A stretch of DNA of 64,000 nt from Anthoceros angustus (taxonomy: Eukaryota; Plantae; Anthocerotophyta), in NCBI GenBank assembly GCA_010909165.1, contig MU008182.1, positions 806,001 to 870,000 of the forward strand, written 5' to 3'. Position 1 is the first letter of the stretch; every line of letters starts with the position of its first letter. The translations under genes and the position numbers were made by a program. This document shows, in pieces, positions 35,551 through 51,400 of the stretch. The notes under the pieces were generated by a model. It saw only the letters and a list, made by a program, of their open reading frames with translations, made no database searches and was not told where the DNA came from.

Positions 35551-37159
35551 TGCAGTACAGCGCTGCTTCGGTCTACGAATTTGTGCTTGTCTACTTGTAC
35601 GTAGATTGCGAGGAGGGGTGTTGCGGATAGTAGTACTTCGCAGTTCTAGCACTTCACCTCAAAAGCTGGTGCAAGCATGACAAATTGGGCCCCAACGATT
35701 CTGTCCTGATTCAGCATCTCGATTCCTCGGGCCCCCGGAAAGATGCCACACACGCACTGCACCGAGGACGAAGCACCGAGCACCGAGCACCCAGCACCGA
35801 GAGCACGCACTAACTTTGTGCCTGGCCTGGCACGTTATGTTTGGCTGCTTCATCTCATTCTGGCGCTCCAGGGAAGACGTATGGTCGCGGACCTCCGTCC
35901 AACTGGAATACCATTTGCAGTCCAACATCACTGATTAAATGGTTTGTGCGGGTGAAAAGACGGCATGTATCAAGCAACTCCCAAGTCACTGCACAGGGGC
36001 TTCACAGAAGAGGTGCATGCACTTAGAAAGGTGTCCGTATTGTGGCCAACGTACAGCATTTGTAACCAATGGCAACATCATGCCCACATTCCAAGCGGGG
36101 CAAGCACCATGTATGTGAGGTATCTCCTATCCCGCACACTTACAGGCTCGTGAAGAGAAATGGCCGGTAGTTTCCAGTAACGGTTGTGATCCACGTCGTT
36201 CATTTAAGTGCAAGGTCCTGGAGCTTGATTTAATGCCCGTGGAGGCCGAATTTGTGCTAGCATTACACGGTCCCTCCTGTCTGCACTTCACCGCGTAAAG
36301 CTTCTAGCTCGGCAGAACAGTCACAAGCTCCAAGATATCCTTATCCAGAAGCGCAACCCCAGACGCGTGGATACTCTGTAGGTGGTGGCCCGGTGTGGTA
36401 TCTGATAAGGCATCCTTCGTCTTCACTAAATGCCCCTTTGTCTGCCATGTCATTCACAGGTCCACATATCAGTATTCAACTGAAGTCAAGCACCCTGGTC
36501 AGGGGAAGTGGCATGTATGGCTGGATGGCTGGAGAGCAAGATTCATGCACCAACATTCAAATGCCCACGTGCTCTCCTGTCAAGGCTTTACAGGACGGAG
36601 AGAGAGCAGGAGGGCAATATCCGCAACAAGCGCCTCTTCTGGCAAATGCAGACAGTTGCATTTCTTGAAGATACATAGATACATACATTAAATGTGTAAA
36701 CAGGATGGGCACCATGAATTCCCTTACACAAAGCTTGGTAAAGAGAAAGCAAGACTGCGAGCCTCCAACATTCCACTCACTGGTGACCAGACCTTCCAAC
36801 CAGTATGCTGACCTAGAAGAAATGGCTGGCAGCAATCCCCAAGCTTGCTAGACGCTATGTGCGATCCACCTGCTAAAAAACTTGCCAACCACATCAAAGG
36901 CGATAAAGCCTGTTGGAAGAGCCACTCCAGCAGCATCACCTTTCAAGAGAACTAGGTTTGATAAACCCAACAAATATGATTCGGCCATCACCGATTCCTT
37001 GCTCCATGTGCAAACCGCATCCAAGGATGGCTTCATACTGAAGGGACACTTTTCACCCTGTTCTCCCCCTCTGTTTCTGCTGATATCACATATCAGGTAC
37101 TTTATCATAGAAGACTCGTCAAGCAGAAGTTAGCACAGCGTCCTCTAATAAAGTTATAT

Positions 37160-40100
37160 CTATTTCCTATGTACAGCCCGGCCACTGCGACTTGTGCCAC
37201 TGCTGACAGTTGCACTGGCTTGGTTTTGAAGTGCAGCAAGTTCTCGAACTCGAGCAAGAATGGGCGCTGGAATTGATGCAGTAAACTGCTTCTTTCTTTC
37301 CCCCTGCTACAGACACAACATATTCAGCAGACCAACCTAAAACCTTTCCCTAGAGATACAGGGAAGCCAAGAGCACATCTGGAAAGTATGCCTAGATGGA
37401 AGCAAATGACAGGACCAACCTGCTTGGGAGGGTGAAGCTGGACCCGGCTTGCTCTTAGAAGATTCCGCCACTTGTCCTGACAGTAACCATGCAAGTACAA
37501 TCAACACAGTGAGCTCTTAGCTGTGATGACAAGGACAACTGCATACATCTGTTGATTCCCACGCACAAAACAGCTAACTCTTGTTGACTTACTGTCCTTG
37601 TTACTATACTTGCAACGGCCCAACCTCCCCAAGAATACATGTTCACAGACATACCTTCAAATCCACTGCAGTTCGATGGCCTGCAGTAGCGAAGGCCAGC
37701 TTCTTTATGTCTGCCCACTTCCCACCACCACACCGGGCCACACCTTCAACAAGAGTCATGACTTCACGCGGAGTCCATGGCCGATGATGCTTCCTTCTTG
37801 TCCCTCCATTTGCAGTTGGAACAGTCGCAACTGGTTCATTTGCCTCCTCATGTCGGTTGTCTGACATGAGAAGATCCTGCATATCATCAGGCCTGTTGTC
37901 TGAGGCCGTCGGCAACAAGCAGGTCACTTGATCCTCTTCCAGGCCATTAAATTCTGACAGATCGTCCTGAAACATGTCATGTTTCACCAAATAAGGATGT
38001 TCACTAGGGACTGCCAGGGAAAATAAAAAGGAAACTAAAGTGGAAGATTGACAATTGGAATATAACTCTACCGCCAACCACTTCAGCCAAATGTAACAGA
38101 TTTAGTAACAATGTGGTACCCTGAGATACACATCTGCTCATACAAAAACATGAAATTACCTCATCCTGTCCAGAAGCTGGTGGAACTCGAAATTTCACCT
38201 TACGCACAGTGTTGTCAGCCTCCTGTCGAGCTGCTCGAACAGAGTGTGCCATCTTGACAAGTTTTGCAGCCCTATCCTCAACCTTTCGTTTCTAATGCAT
38301 CAGTAACTTCATAAGTTGCAAAATCCAAAGTCAACTTGACACATATTTGCCACACTAAATAGAAATGCTGCAACAAAGCACTTACTCAATATCTAATTGA
38401 CATACAGGAACAAGGACACGTACAACGGCATTGTTACTATGCTTGGCGTTAGGCACTTGGGGAACCAAGGGACTCCCTCGAGCAAGTGAGGAACTTCTGA
38501 GCGAACTCTGTCGTGTGCTATCAGCCGGCCCGTCAGAAATACTCCATGGTCTGACAGAGGGCTTCACCATTCCCTGTCCAGGAACTAGCTCACTGAATCC
38601 TGAACCTGGCCTGTTGCCATTCAAAAAAGCTGCCAAATCTTCCGTCTCATCCTCTATGTAGCGCCTGTTCGGTTTTCGCTGTCTCTTCCCTCCTGACTGC
38701 CCCGAGAGACCAGAGTTGTTATCAACTTGACTAAACATAGAGTTTGCATCCACAGATGACCCCAGTCCTGCCGTTGTAGATGCGTCCAGTGGTCCAGTCG
38801 GCGATACGACTGAGAGGGGGACTGTTTTACGGATCGGCCGCTTGTTTTCAGGCTCATTTCCATCAAGAGATCCAATTCCAAGAGCATGAGCCCCATCAGC
38901 AAAGTCAGATGCTCCTGCTCTTCCATTTGGAGGCCCAGCGGTAGGAAGGGGGACTTCTGCTGATGAGAATTTCTCCAACCTGACCTTCATGTTGACATCC
39001 CGTGAAGTGTCAACCAAGTTTGCGCCACTTTCAGTTGCTTCAGCATGATTGTGCAATCCCATGGCAATCTGCCTTTTCAGCCAGAGCTTATCCTTCACAG
39101 AAGTTTCCCTGTTGAAAGTCTTGCGAAACGTTGCATGTAACTCTCTGATTGACAAATTATCCAGACTGCTCTTTATGGCAGCAGCAGCAGCAGCCCCAGA
39201 GCCATCAAGCTTAGAATACGGTGGCAATACCCTTGTCATCCTTGTTCTGTGGCTTGATGACCGAAAGGATCTCAATGACATACCTGGTGCGCTCCCATAG
39301 CTGCCAGGATTCACAGAAGCCTGAGGAGACTGCTTTTCAGGGAGAGCAGGGGTAACCACGATCTCTCCGCAAGCAACACGTGTATTTGCAGGAATGGAAA
39401 ACTCATCCCCTGAATCAGTGTACTTAGGATTAGGTCTCCGTTGCCGTTTATATTCTCCACTTCCATAGTTGACTAAAAGGAATGGACTTTCCTGCCCAAC
39501 ACCATCACCCAATCCCTCCAATCCTATCCGCTGTTCTTCTTCAGCCTTCACTTCCAACAAGACCGTGTCCAGAACCTGCAGGAAACAGGTGAACATCTTT
39601 CAGTAAGATGCAATTAACGAAACAGAAACAGTCCTTGCGAAGGGGACTGTCCACATGACTCACGAACTGCTTATTCATCAACGAGTACCTGTAAATGGGC
39701 CAGTAATTTCTTCCTTTTAACTTCAACATCTTCAGGCTCTGAAAAAGCTGTAAGGAACATCGAACCAAGCAGAGTCAGTTCCCTGACACATGAAAGTCTG
39801 TATCTTGGACAGGCTTCTCCTCAGCCATACACGCAGACTAGAACGAACATAAACAAAAACATAGGCTTCCATAGATTATGATGCAAAAATGCAACTTGAT
39901 GCAATAGAAAGGTCTGCAACAGCACCTGCAGTCTAGAACTCAAAAAAGTGGAGCACAGTCACAAAACATGCGGACACAGCTCACAGGACAATCCGCAACT
40001 GAGAACGACACTTACAAGCAGTCTCCTTCTCATCATTCTCATCTGCATTGGAGTCCTGCTCGTCTTCACTGCCCTCATCCTCAGCTTCATATTCATTGGC

Positions 40101-40574
40101 ATCACTGGCATCAGCATCCGATGGTTCGAGAACTGACTCCCCACCTACCAAGGACTGCACTTGCATGACTTCATCTTCCGTAGCCGGCAATACAGATCCG
40201 TCATCCCCAACCTGGACGCACAGAGGTTAGAAGCCACGAACATCTCACTTTCCCTACTGGCAGTCAAAAGGAGAAAAGCAACCGGGGGAACCTATGCGGT
40301 AAGCTGTCCAGGGGCCACACCACGAGTGCACATGAGATGCACACCACAAACCTGGCACCGGAGTCGCCGTAGCCATCTTGTAAACTTTCAACGTTCCAAA
40401 TCACAAGCTTTTGACAAGGATCCACCACGCTAGCGAAGCATAGAAGAGATGGCATACCCTAACGAGTTTGTAGACAACTCGATTCACAGCATCTTTCTCA
40501 AAGGAAGCAGGAGACTTGTCGATAGACGGTGGCCGAAGCTTAATATCAATCTCATCCTCGCTCTGCTCCAGCAT
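37160..40574 (-). CDS. TRF-like telobox Myb protein (TRFL3/TRFL6-like), multi-exon; one or two internal exon boundaries uncertain
   Basis: VVYKLVR|VGDDGSVLPATEDEV N-terminal motif; LDNLSIRELHATFRKTFNRETSVKDKLWLKRQIAMGL; RRKHHRPWTPREVMTLVEGV...GKWADIKK...RTAVDLK|DKWRNLLRAS; IPAPILARVRELA; stop at 37160-37162. Confidence 0.85.
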
Positions 40575-42325
40575 TGCCAAACGGCCTCGCCTCAGGGGGT
40601 ACAATTCTTTACATAGGTGCACCAACCTGCATCATTGCAGGACAACAGCTGAGAAAATAACCTAATGCGCACACTCGAAGACTCCGGTACACACACACAC
40701 TCTGGATAGAGCTCGCAGTCAAGCACAAGCCAGACAATGCACGAGAAGTCATCTTTGCATCGCCTTCTCCAAGACCAAACCACCTCTTTCCCCTACCACA
40801 CTCTCCACCTCTTTCCCCTACAACACTCTTTGTCACATATCCAGGATCAGGGCCAGCGTGTTCCGTAGGTAAGACATAGAGGCCGCTACCGAATTGGTAG
40901 CCAAATATCCACCGAGTATCAAACTCGGGTTCCTCAACAACAGCCAGGCGGCACTAAAGACGGTGCTCACCGACAATCAAATCCAAGTCCAAGCAGCCTC
41001 AGGGCGCAGTTCAAGAAACAATCAGCCTCCACCGCTGCAATTGGCGGCAATTACACCTAATTCCCGCAGCTGCGACCCAGCAATAAGGCCGTGCTTGCCG
41101 CCTGGCATCTAGATAGATTCCGTGAGGTGTGAGCAAACGCAGCACGCATCCAGCGCGGTACAAAGCAACTCACCATCCACCGCCGAAGGCACCTTTCCGC
41201 AGCAGCCGCACGCAGCAAGGCAGGCACGCCCGAGGCCTGACACGAGGACGCTGCTACGGGGGGAAGCTCTGTGAGGGAGCGCGGGCGCACATGAGCAAGG
41301 CGGCCGGCCGTCAAGAAGCGCAGCGCAGCCCGAGGCTTCGCTGAGTTGCGCGGGGGACGTTAGGAGCAGCTTCCGCTCGGATTGGATGCCGAGAGAGGAG
41401 AGGCTATGGCGGAGACGGAGAGCGACAGCGACAGAGCCCGGGGGAAGAGAAAAAAAAGAGGACAAAGACGAGACGAGACGAGACGAGACAGCAGGCGGAA
41501 GAGGACGGAAGGGAAGGAACCCAAGCAGCACTGCGCAAAAACAAAAGATAAAAGCTCAGATGACGCTCACCGCAGAGCTTGACAATGAGAAGTTAAGAAA
41601 CCGCTGAGTTAAAGATCAGACTAGCTAGCTTTCAATGTCTCAATTTGCAACACTTGTTTGGTTCCCAGGAGTCCATACCACACATTCTTACGTAATATTT
41701 TCTTAAAATAATGCTTAAATCCCCACCATAAAGATGATTCCAACGATTTTTTGTTGCTCTCTATGTACCTACCTACCTCTCTCCTAAGAATTTTGTATCG
41801 GTTCCTTAAACAACATGGTATATTATAGGCTTTTAAAGCTAAAATATATGAGAAAGATAATACAAATCCTAAGTTCATTCTGTCTTTCATGGAATACAGG
41901 GCATCCATCGCACATGTTTGTATGAAGACCACTTTGACACCCTTGAAGGCATATGCATATGCATTGTGTACCTATACCCAAAACTCTCAGCTTTCGGAAC
42001 CCAGTTCTTCACCTCCCAAGTGTCGTCCAAATATGGAGACGCATTTGGGACCCTTGAAGAAGGGAGATGCAGACTCGAAACTCTCAAAAGTTTAGAATCA
42101 TGTCCAGAACTGAAGCTCGAGCTCACCAAGACCTCCTCCACATCTGGTGTGCTCAAGAAGTAGTTTTCAGTCTTCCATGTTGCAAGTGTGAGTTTAAGTA
42201 CTAGCTACATGATTACAGGCTTGTGTTAAGTACTTCACAAAAACGTAAAGGGTTTGGGTTGGTTCTGTTCTCTCCCCTTGATGTGTGAGGAGTGATTTTT
42301 TGGTTAGTGCTTCCTCTGTTTGCTA

Positions 42326-43335
42326 CTAAACCGCTACAGCAGCCGGTGGCCTGGATGTGTCGTCCACAGGGATGGTATGCTTAGGGGAACAGGGAGCTTG
42401 TGCTTTGCGTGAGAGGATGTAGTCCTGCACACTCTCCAGGTCGCGGAAGACAGGAATCCCAGCCTTCCTCCACTCCTTGGCCTGGCCAGACTTGAAGCGA
42501 TCTAAGAGCAGCCCGTGCATACCGAGGGCCACCGAAGGCAGGTAGTCCTTGTTGTAGCTGTCGCCTATGTGCAGGGCCTGGTCAGCAGCAACTCCGGCTT
42601 TCTCAAGGGCAATCTGGTAGATTCGAGGATCGGGTTTTTCCACCCCCTCGATGCCGGAGAACACCCCGAAGTCCCACTCCGAGCCCTGCAAACAACAGCA
42701 AGCAACAGCAAGCAAGCACATCCGATCGGGCTCAGAACAAGACTACACCCAGTCCATGAAGTCCATGTGTATGGGAGGCCAGGTACCTTGTGCAGCCCCA
42801 GAGCAGGCAGTATGACGTCCCTATACCGGTACTCGGCATTGCTGATGATCCCGATCACCAGGCCCTGGCTCCTGGCCCAGCGCAGGAAGGGCCGGGCATC
42901 CTCGTAGATGGAGTAGGGAGCCGCGGACCCGAACGCTGCGTATATCCGCTTGAAGATGGTGGCGAAGGTGTCCTCGTCGTAGTCGTACCCTGCCTGCTCC
43001 ACAGGCCACGCCCGTCAGCTTCCCGTCTCCCCAGGAAGAGCGGCAGCAGCAGCAGCAGCAGGCCATGGTGCTACCTTGATGAAGGAGTCCCGGACGCAAT
43101 CCCGCCACCAGTCGATGTTGGGCATGTCCACCAGGCGGCCGAAGCAGGGGAACTTGGTGCTCATGTCCTTGTAGGCGAGCTTGAAGCCCTCGTGCACGCG
43201 GGTGTAGTCGGGGCAGGGCAGCCCCGCCCCCTTGGCGGCCAGGCAGTAGTAGTCCCCCAGCTGGCCCTTGTACGCAATCAGCGTGCCGGTCACGTCCACC
43301 GTGATGCACCGCAGCCGGGCCAGCGACTGCGCCAT
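42326..43335 (-). CDS. HAD-superfamily hydrolase (HDHD3/REG-2-like); exons 43335-43075, 42993-42787, 42685-42326
   Basis: ITVDVTGTL (motif I variant), IISN, EKPDPRIY, HIGDS...D motifs; GT-AG introns. Confidence 0.93.
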
Positions 43336-44493
43336 CCCGGCCTCCCCGCCTCAACGCCTCTCTCTCAGGCCCTCCCCGCTGCTCCCGCTGCTCACGCGCG
43401 TGTGACATGCATCGACCCCCCTCCTCCTCCTCCGATCTGCACGCCGCCCACACACGCACACACGCTGTGACTCCTCAACACCACATGACTAACCCGACCC
43501 AACACCCCACTCCACCGTGCAATTCACGCAACCAACAACAGCCAGGACCAGAGAAAGAGGCAAGAAAGAAACAAGAAATTCAGAAGCAGGCAGGCAGCAG
43601 TGAATCCGAGGGCTGTACAGTGGTGGGTGGCAGAGGCGAGGGCGAGGAATCCCCCGGCGCGCGCGCATCGGCCGGGGCAGACGGCGGCACAAGGCAAGGC
43701 AGTGGCAGCCTCGTGAAACATGGGCGGGGAGAGCATTTCAAGGCCCCGTCCATGGCCAGCGAGAGTGCAAGAGAGAGACAGGCAAAGGCTGCCGGCACGG
43801 AAACTTTCACCACACCCTCGGCTTGCCTTCCCATCCCTTCCCTTGCCTTGCCGGGGCCCGGGCTCCGCTCCCAGATTGGGGCACCAACACACCATCCAGT
43901 TGCTGCCATCAGGCGGCATCCGGTGCAGATCAGGGCTGCTTCTGCACTTCGCCTCCCGTGGTGCCCACCACACCATGTCCCAAGCCCAGTTGCCCATCTG
44001 CCAACTGAGAGGAGAGGTCCAGGAATACCGGATCCGGATAGTGCCCCTTGGACTGTTTCAGTGCCAGGATCTCCCATCACTCCACCTTCCGCCATGGCCG
44101 CTGCTACGCAATTTTTTATCGAAGGCGGAATGGACATGTAGGCATGTTCAAACTAACTGTTCCAGAATAAACCACTACAACCAGTCCTGCATGGAGGGAG
44201 AACAAGTCTATTATAGTCCACTTGCATGAAGGAGACGGAAGTCTGCTTGTCACAGCACTTGGTCTTATTGTCTGGGAACCTCATCTTAAGTACCTCATTT
44301 AAGGATGTTTAAATGGAATTTGATGCAAAAGGAAGATGATCATATATAATATATAAATAAAATTTATTTATTATTCACAAAAATATATCTAGTATCTAAT
44401 TTTCAATCTATGTACACTTCTATATACATTAGACCCTGCCAGCTTTACCAGTCTTTCATGTACAACATGCAGCTAAGACACATAAGTGACATA

Positions 44494-46924
<2,431 letters not shown>

Positions 46925-48426
46925 TCACATCGTTGCTGCTGCAGACGCCTCGCAGTTTCACTCTCATCTGTGTCACAATGCTGCTTAGTTCGTTAATGGG
47001 TTGCTTGCTTGCTTGATTGCGAGCTCGGACATCATGGGTCGATGGCCATGGTGTGATGTGAAATAAGCTCGTGCAACTATTTGCCCCGGCTGATAATGTG
47101 TGACTGCGATCGCCGAGAAGCGTGTCTGAAACGAACAGGATTCACGCTATTATGAGGACGCTTTACCCATACGCAAGCGTACGCAAGCCGTGCGGTTATC
47201 CGCCACAGCAGCACCATCCGAGCCATCACGGCGGCCAGGACGCCGGGTTGCAGGTAGCACGCTGTGCCGTGGATGGCTCATCATCACGCCATTGCAAGCC
47301 GTACAAGACACAGACAACTACTTCGGTCAGTCAGCAAAGCTTCCAAGAGAGTCCCCATGGGATAAGCTTTCAAGTAATGAATGATACACAATGGACATAA
47401 GACATCCAGCTTATTGTCGGGAGGCAGAATGGACAGAACGGATCTCCTCCTTCACTCCTTGCTTGCGGTTTGAATCTCCATGTAGTTCGTATCTGCTTCT
47501 CCACCTTCCACACCGAGGGCACTGGTCTTTGCTTGTTTTGGATCAGGAATGAGGTGACAGGTCCGTGACTGTCTCTTCCAGGTCCTGCCCAGGCAAGAAG
47601 ACTCCCTTCCGTTCTCTGGGTGAAGACGGTTGCTCTCACTACACTCCAGCAGCCTCCAAACTTGAGCATGCTCGGGCTAGAATGCACGTCTGACAGAGCC
47701 CTTGCTGTGCTAGTCAGTTGTCATAATAGAACTGCACTCGCTCTCCTTGCTTACACGTTCATCTGCCTGCTTGGCTCGCAAAAATCACTCTCCAGCAGCA
47801 CCTCAGCTGACAGGAGCTCCACCCTATTTTCCGCCTGCAACATGTACCTGCTTCACTGCAGCACTTCTTGTCAGATGACACTTGGTCTCAAGTCTGAATT
47901 AAGGACTGGACATCCCTGCTGCATTTACCGCATCCGAACTCATCAACTACGGCTGACGACCTCATCAACTGCTTACAGCCTGGAGCATTCACTTGTCCAG
48001 GTGGTGTCTCTGCCATCCTCTCTTGATCTTCGGTGTTTGGACACACGTCCATATTGCTCTGCATTGCTGCCAAAGAAGCTCTGCATAAGAATAGCAACTT
48101 GCCCTGCAGGATAGTCGAACAGAGCCACAGGCTCCCGGCACTAATCCCTAAGAGGCATACTACGACGACTATACTACCACTGCGAAAGTGGTCACAATTA
48201 CTTGGAGCTGTAAAAATCCTGACAGTCACAGAGCTGCGTACCTTTAACAAGGAACTGCTACCAGAGACAGGCAGGCTCATGAAGGATCATTCAAGATAGT
48301 TAAGGTTGTGACCAGTGCAGAGCACCGTAGCTTCATCACGCTTTATAGGAACAGCTCCATTCTGCTGAAGGTACCTGGAGTAATCTAAGGCGTTTTAGTA
48401 TCTGGAGAACACCCTTTTCTATGCTG

Positions 48427-51400
48427 TCATTTCGTATCCAGATTTGGGCCACTTGCCATAACCGGCCGGACGCTGTTTGCTACAAACGGTACTAGACGCT
48501 TGTAGTCTCTTTTCTTTCCCGCCCCGTAAGTGTCCAGGACCCGTCCAAGAGCCAGCTTTGTATTTTGCAATGCTGTTTCCCTGGAAGGCAGTACATCTGC
48601 TGAGGAACGAGACGCCCCTGCAGGAGGAGCAGGCACCCCTGTAACCACCCAGGGCTGAAGTTGCCCACTTCTTGCCTTGAAAGAGCTCTGGGACACCAGC
48701 GTGACTGCAGGCCTGTCATCCTCTGCACGTTTCACATGACCCTGAGAGCTGCCAATGCCATTCTCGTTGTGAGATCCCTCCGAAGAATCAGCTTGGAAAC
48801 TACCAAGTGAACTTGCACTCTGCAGCACGGCCTCCAACACATTCAGCGCTTCCCAGCACAGAGGACTCTCCACAAGTTGAGATACTGCTGCATATACCTG
48901 TGGACTCTGTCCAGCATCCACAGGTGTGTGTTGTAGAAGAACTCTCAACATCAACAAAATAATGCGTTGATATTCTACAGGGCCCTTCTCTAGAAGCCTT
49001 AGCAGATGACCAAAAGCTAATGCAGAGTGTCCTGGAAACCATTCTGCACAGAGCAAGGGCGCAACGGAGTCCAGAAGCCCCTCCATTGTGGTCGCATGAC
49101 CAGCAGCATATGACTCAAACACGGCAGCAAGGCTATCCAGGTGCTTGGCGGCACAGCACTGTGAGATGTTGGTTGCAACTGACAGGGCTTTTTGATACTG
49201 CTGTTCTAGGGGGGAATCCAAACCTGGAATACGAGATGTTTGCTTTTTCAGTAGCTGTAAGCAAAGCCAGGGGAGTAATCCCACAATATGCATCAGCAAT
49301 CGCGTATCAGAGTCCCCAAAGATACGGTCACAGGAGTGCAAAGTGATGCGTGATAGCACATCAATTGCAGATGCATGACTCACACTGGAAAGGAGACCCT
49401 TGAGCACAAGAGGCTGCACTCCCTCAAACGCAGGTGCCTTCTCTGCTTCCAAACCAGCTTCACCAAACTGTCGGCCTATATCAGTTCCCTTGAAACTCAA
49501 GTTCTCAAACTCTCGACTGGGCAGGGTACTCTCAAATTCATCCCTGGGCATGTTTGACAGTAATACGTTTTCTGCAGTTTGGTCATGAAACGGAAGCCTG
49601 TCAAGCACTCGGGCAAGAAGCTCTAGAACTTGCGTGTAAACGTGCACAAAGTCTGTGTGCAACATTGCAACACATCCCCAAAACAGCTGCGGATATAGGA
49701 TCACTTTCTCCGGTTCCATAATTCCTACCATTACCTGCAATGTCAGCAGTATTTCCATCACAAACCCCAGAACAGGTGGAGTGGGGTTGCAAAGACATCT
49801 GTGCAAGCACCGCAGCAGTGACACACAAGTATCACTTGTAACACTTGGGCGCAAGGCACGATAGATCTGATGGGACCGGCAAGCCAGATGACGAGAAGTA
49901 CACTCCATTGCCCACTTTAAGGCTTCCTCCCCCCATCGCTCCCGTAAGTCTCCCTGGAAAAATATTGCATCAACCACACTCAACACCAAAGCAGATAACA
50001 AAGCTGAGCTTTGAAGGCTTGTGCGCGTGAGTGTAATATCTTCATTCTCCCACATCATGCTGCTCTTCTTTGATTGCACGTACTTGATCAGACTAACAAC
50101 CTGCTCTTTGTACTCACCACCATCACCATGTTCCCCAACATCATAGAGCTCAAGATGTCGCCCTGCAAGAGAATAAAGTAGATTCACCAGCAGTTGTTGA
50201 CAATGCTCAAGAACCACATCCTCAGCACTATCCATGGACACAAAAGTAACATGAAACAACAAAGGAAGGTGGCCCCGAAAGTCCTCGTCATTCTCATAAG
50301 CTATCTCTGCAAGGAGAATCAGAGCAATATCAGCTCGAGACAGCCAATGGTGATGAGTTTGCAAAGCAGTTTGCAACTCTCCTGTGTTCAGTGCAGGTGT
50401 ATTAGAGCGCATGTCCTCGCCCACCCCCAGCGCTTCCCCAAAATAATCACCACTGTCACGGGATAGGTGCCGACTTTTCATACTTCCTGTTGCACTTCTA
50501 CCACCATGTGATGGCCCAGATACACCAGATATATTCATCAAAGGACCAGAACCAGTAAACAGTTGGCCAGAACGAGCTTGATGGAGCTCAGTGAAAAGCT
50601 GGCCAGACCGACCTTGATGTAGCTGCCCTTGATGGAGCTCAACCATATTGTTCAAAGGGCCAGACATGCTGCGGCCTGTGCCAGTCCTCCAACTTAAGTT
50701 ACCACTTACATTTCGAAGAGGACCTTCCAGTGAGCTTCTCACAAGCAAAGGCGACATATGCATCTGCAGTTCCTGTGTCTGAGATGGAGCAGGACCCTGT
50801 GAAAATTGAAGAGGCTGAACGCCTGCATCTGGTTCGAGGCCTCCATTACCTTGCCGCTTCAACTGCTCTGGATGATCTTCAAGCATACGCTGAGACAGCT
50901 CATAGACTAGATGATCTATGGTCTGCTGAGGAGAATTGCGGGCAAGATATAGACTTACACGTTTGGCCACAGAAAAGTAAGTAGCAAAAGCCCCACTTAT
51001 TTCAGCAGATGCAGTAGAATCACAGTCCTCAATACCTTTTGAGATAAGAAAATCAAGAACTGGAATAATATTTCGCCATTTTTTGGCAATGGTGCTCCAA
51101 AGCTTCTCAATTTCATCAGGGAATTGGTCACCATGCCTCCAGGTCACATAGTATAGGCTCTTCAGGAGCCGTTCACTCCATCCAGACTCCCAAAGAGACA
51201 CAAAATTAAGGTTTTCTATCCAAGGGGCCATGCAAGTTAATACTTGATGCTGTGCAATGATATCAACAGAGTCCAGTTGCCTTGCCATAATTTCTTCACA
51301 TAACCATTCGCTCAGCTCAGGGTGTTCTTTGGCCAGCTTAGCTGACAACTGGTACTGAAACTGCTGATAAGAATCAGGGAGACTCCCAACAACTGTTGCA

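Noticed and set aside
35600-37140. Additional gene between the CCCTGAG array and the TRF-like gene
   Set aside because: Only short ORFs with no recognisable motifs or consistent exon chain; may be 3' UTR or intergenic.
42515-44229. Long overlapping ORFs (42790-43470, 42821-43459, 43407-44141, 43580-44137 and others)
   Set aside because: Shadow frames of the GC-rich HAD gene and its GC-rich upstream region, with no motifs.
47100-48300. ORFs between the GH9 gene and the Furry homolog
   Set aside because: No domain signal; consistent with promoter and 3' UTR sequence.
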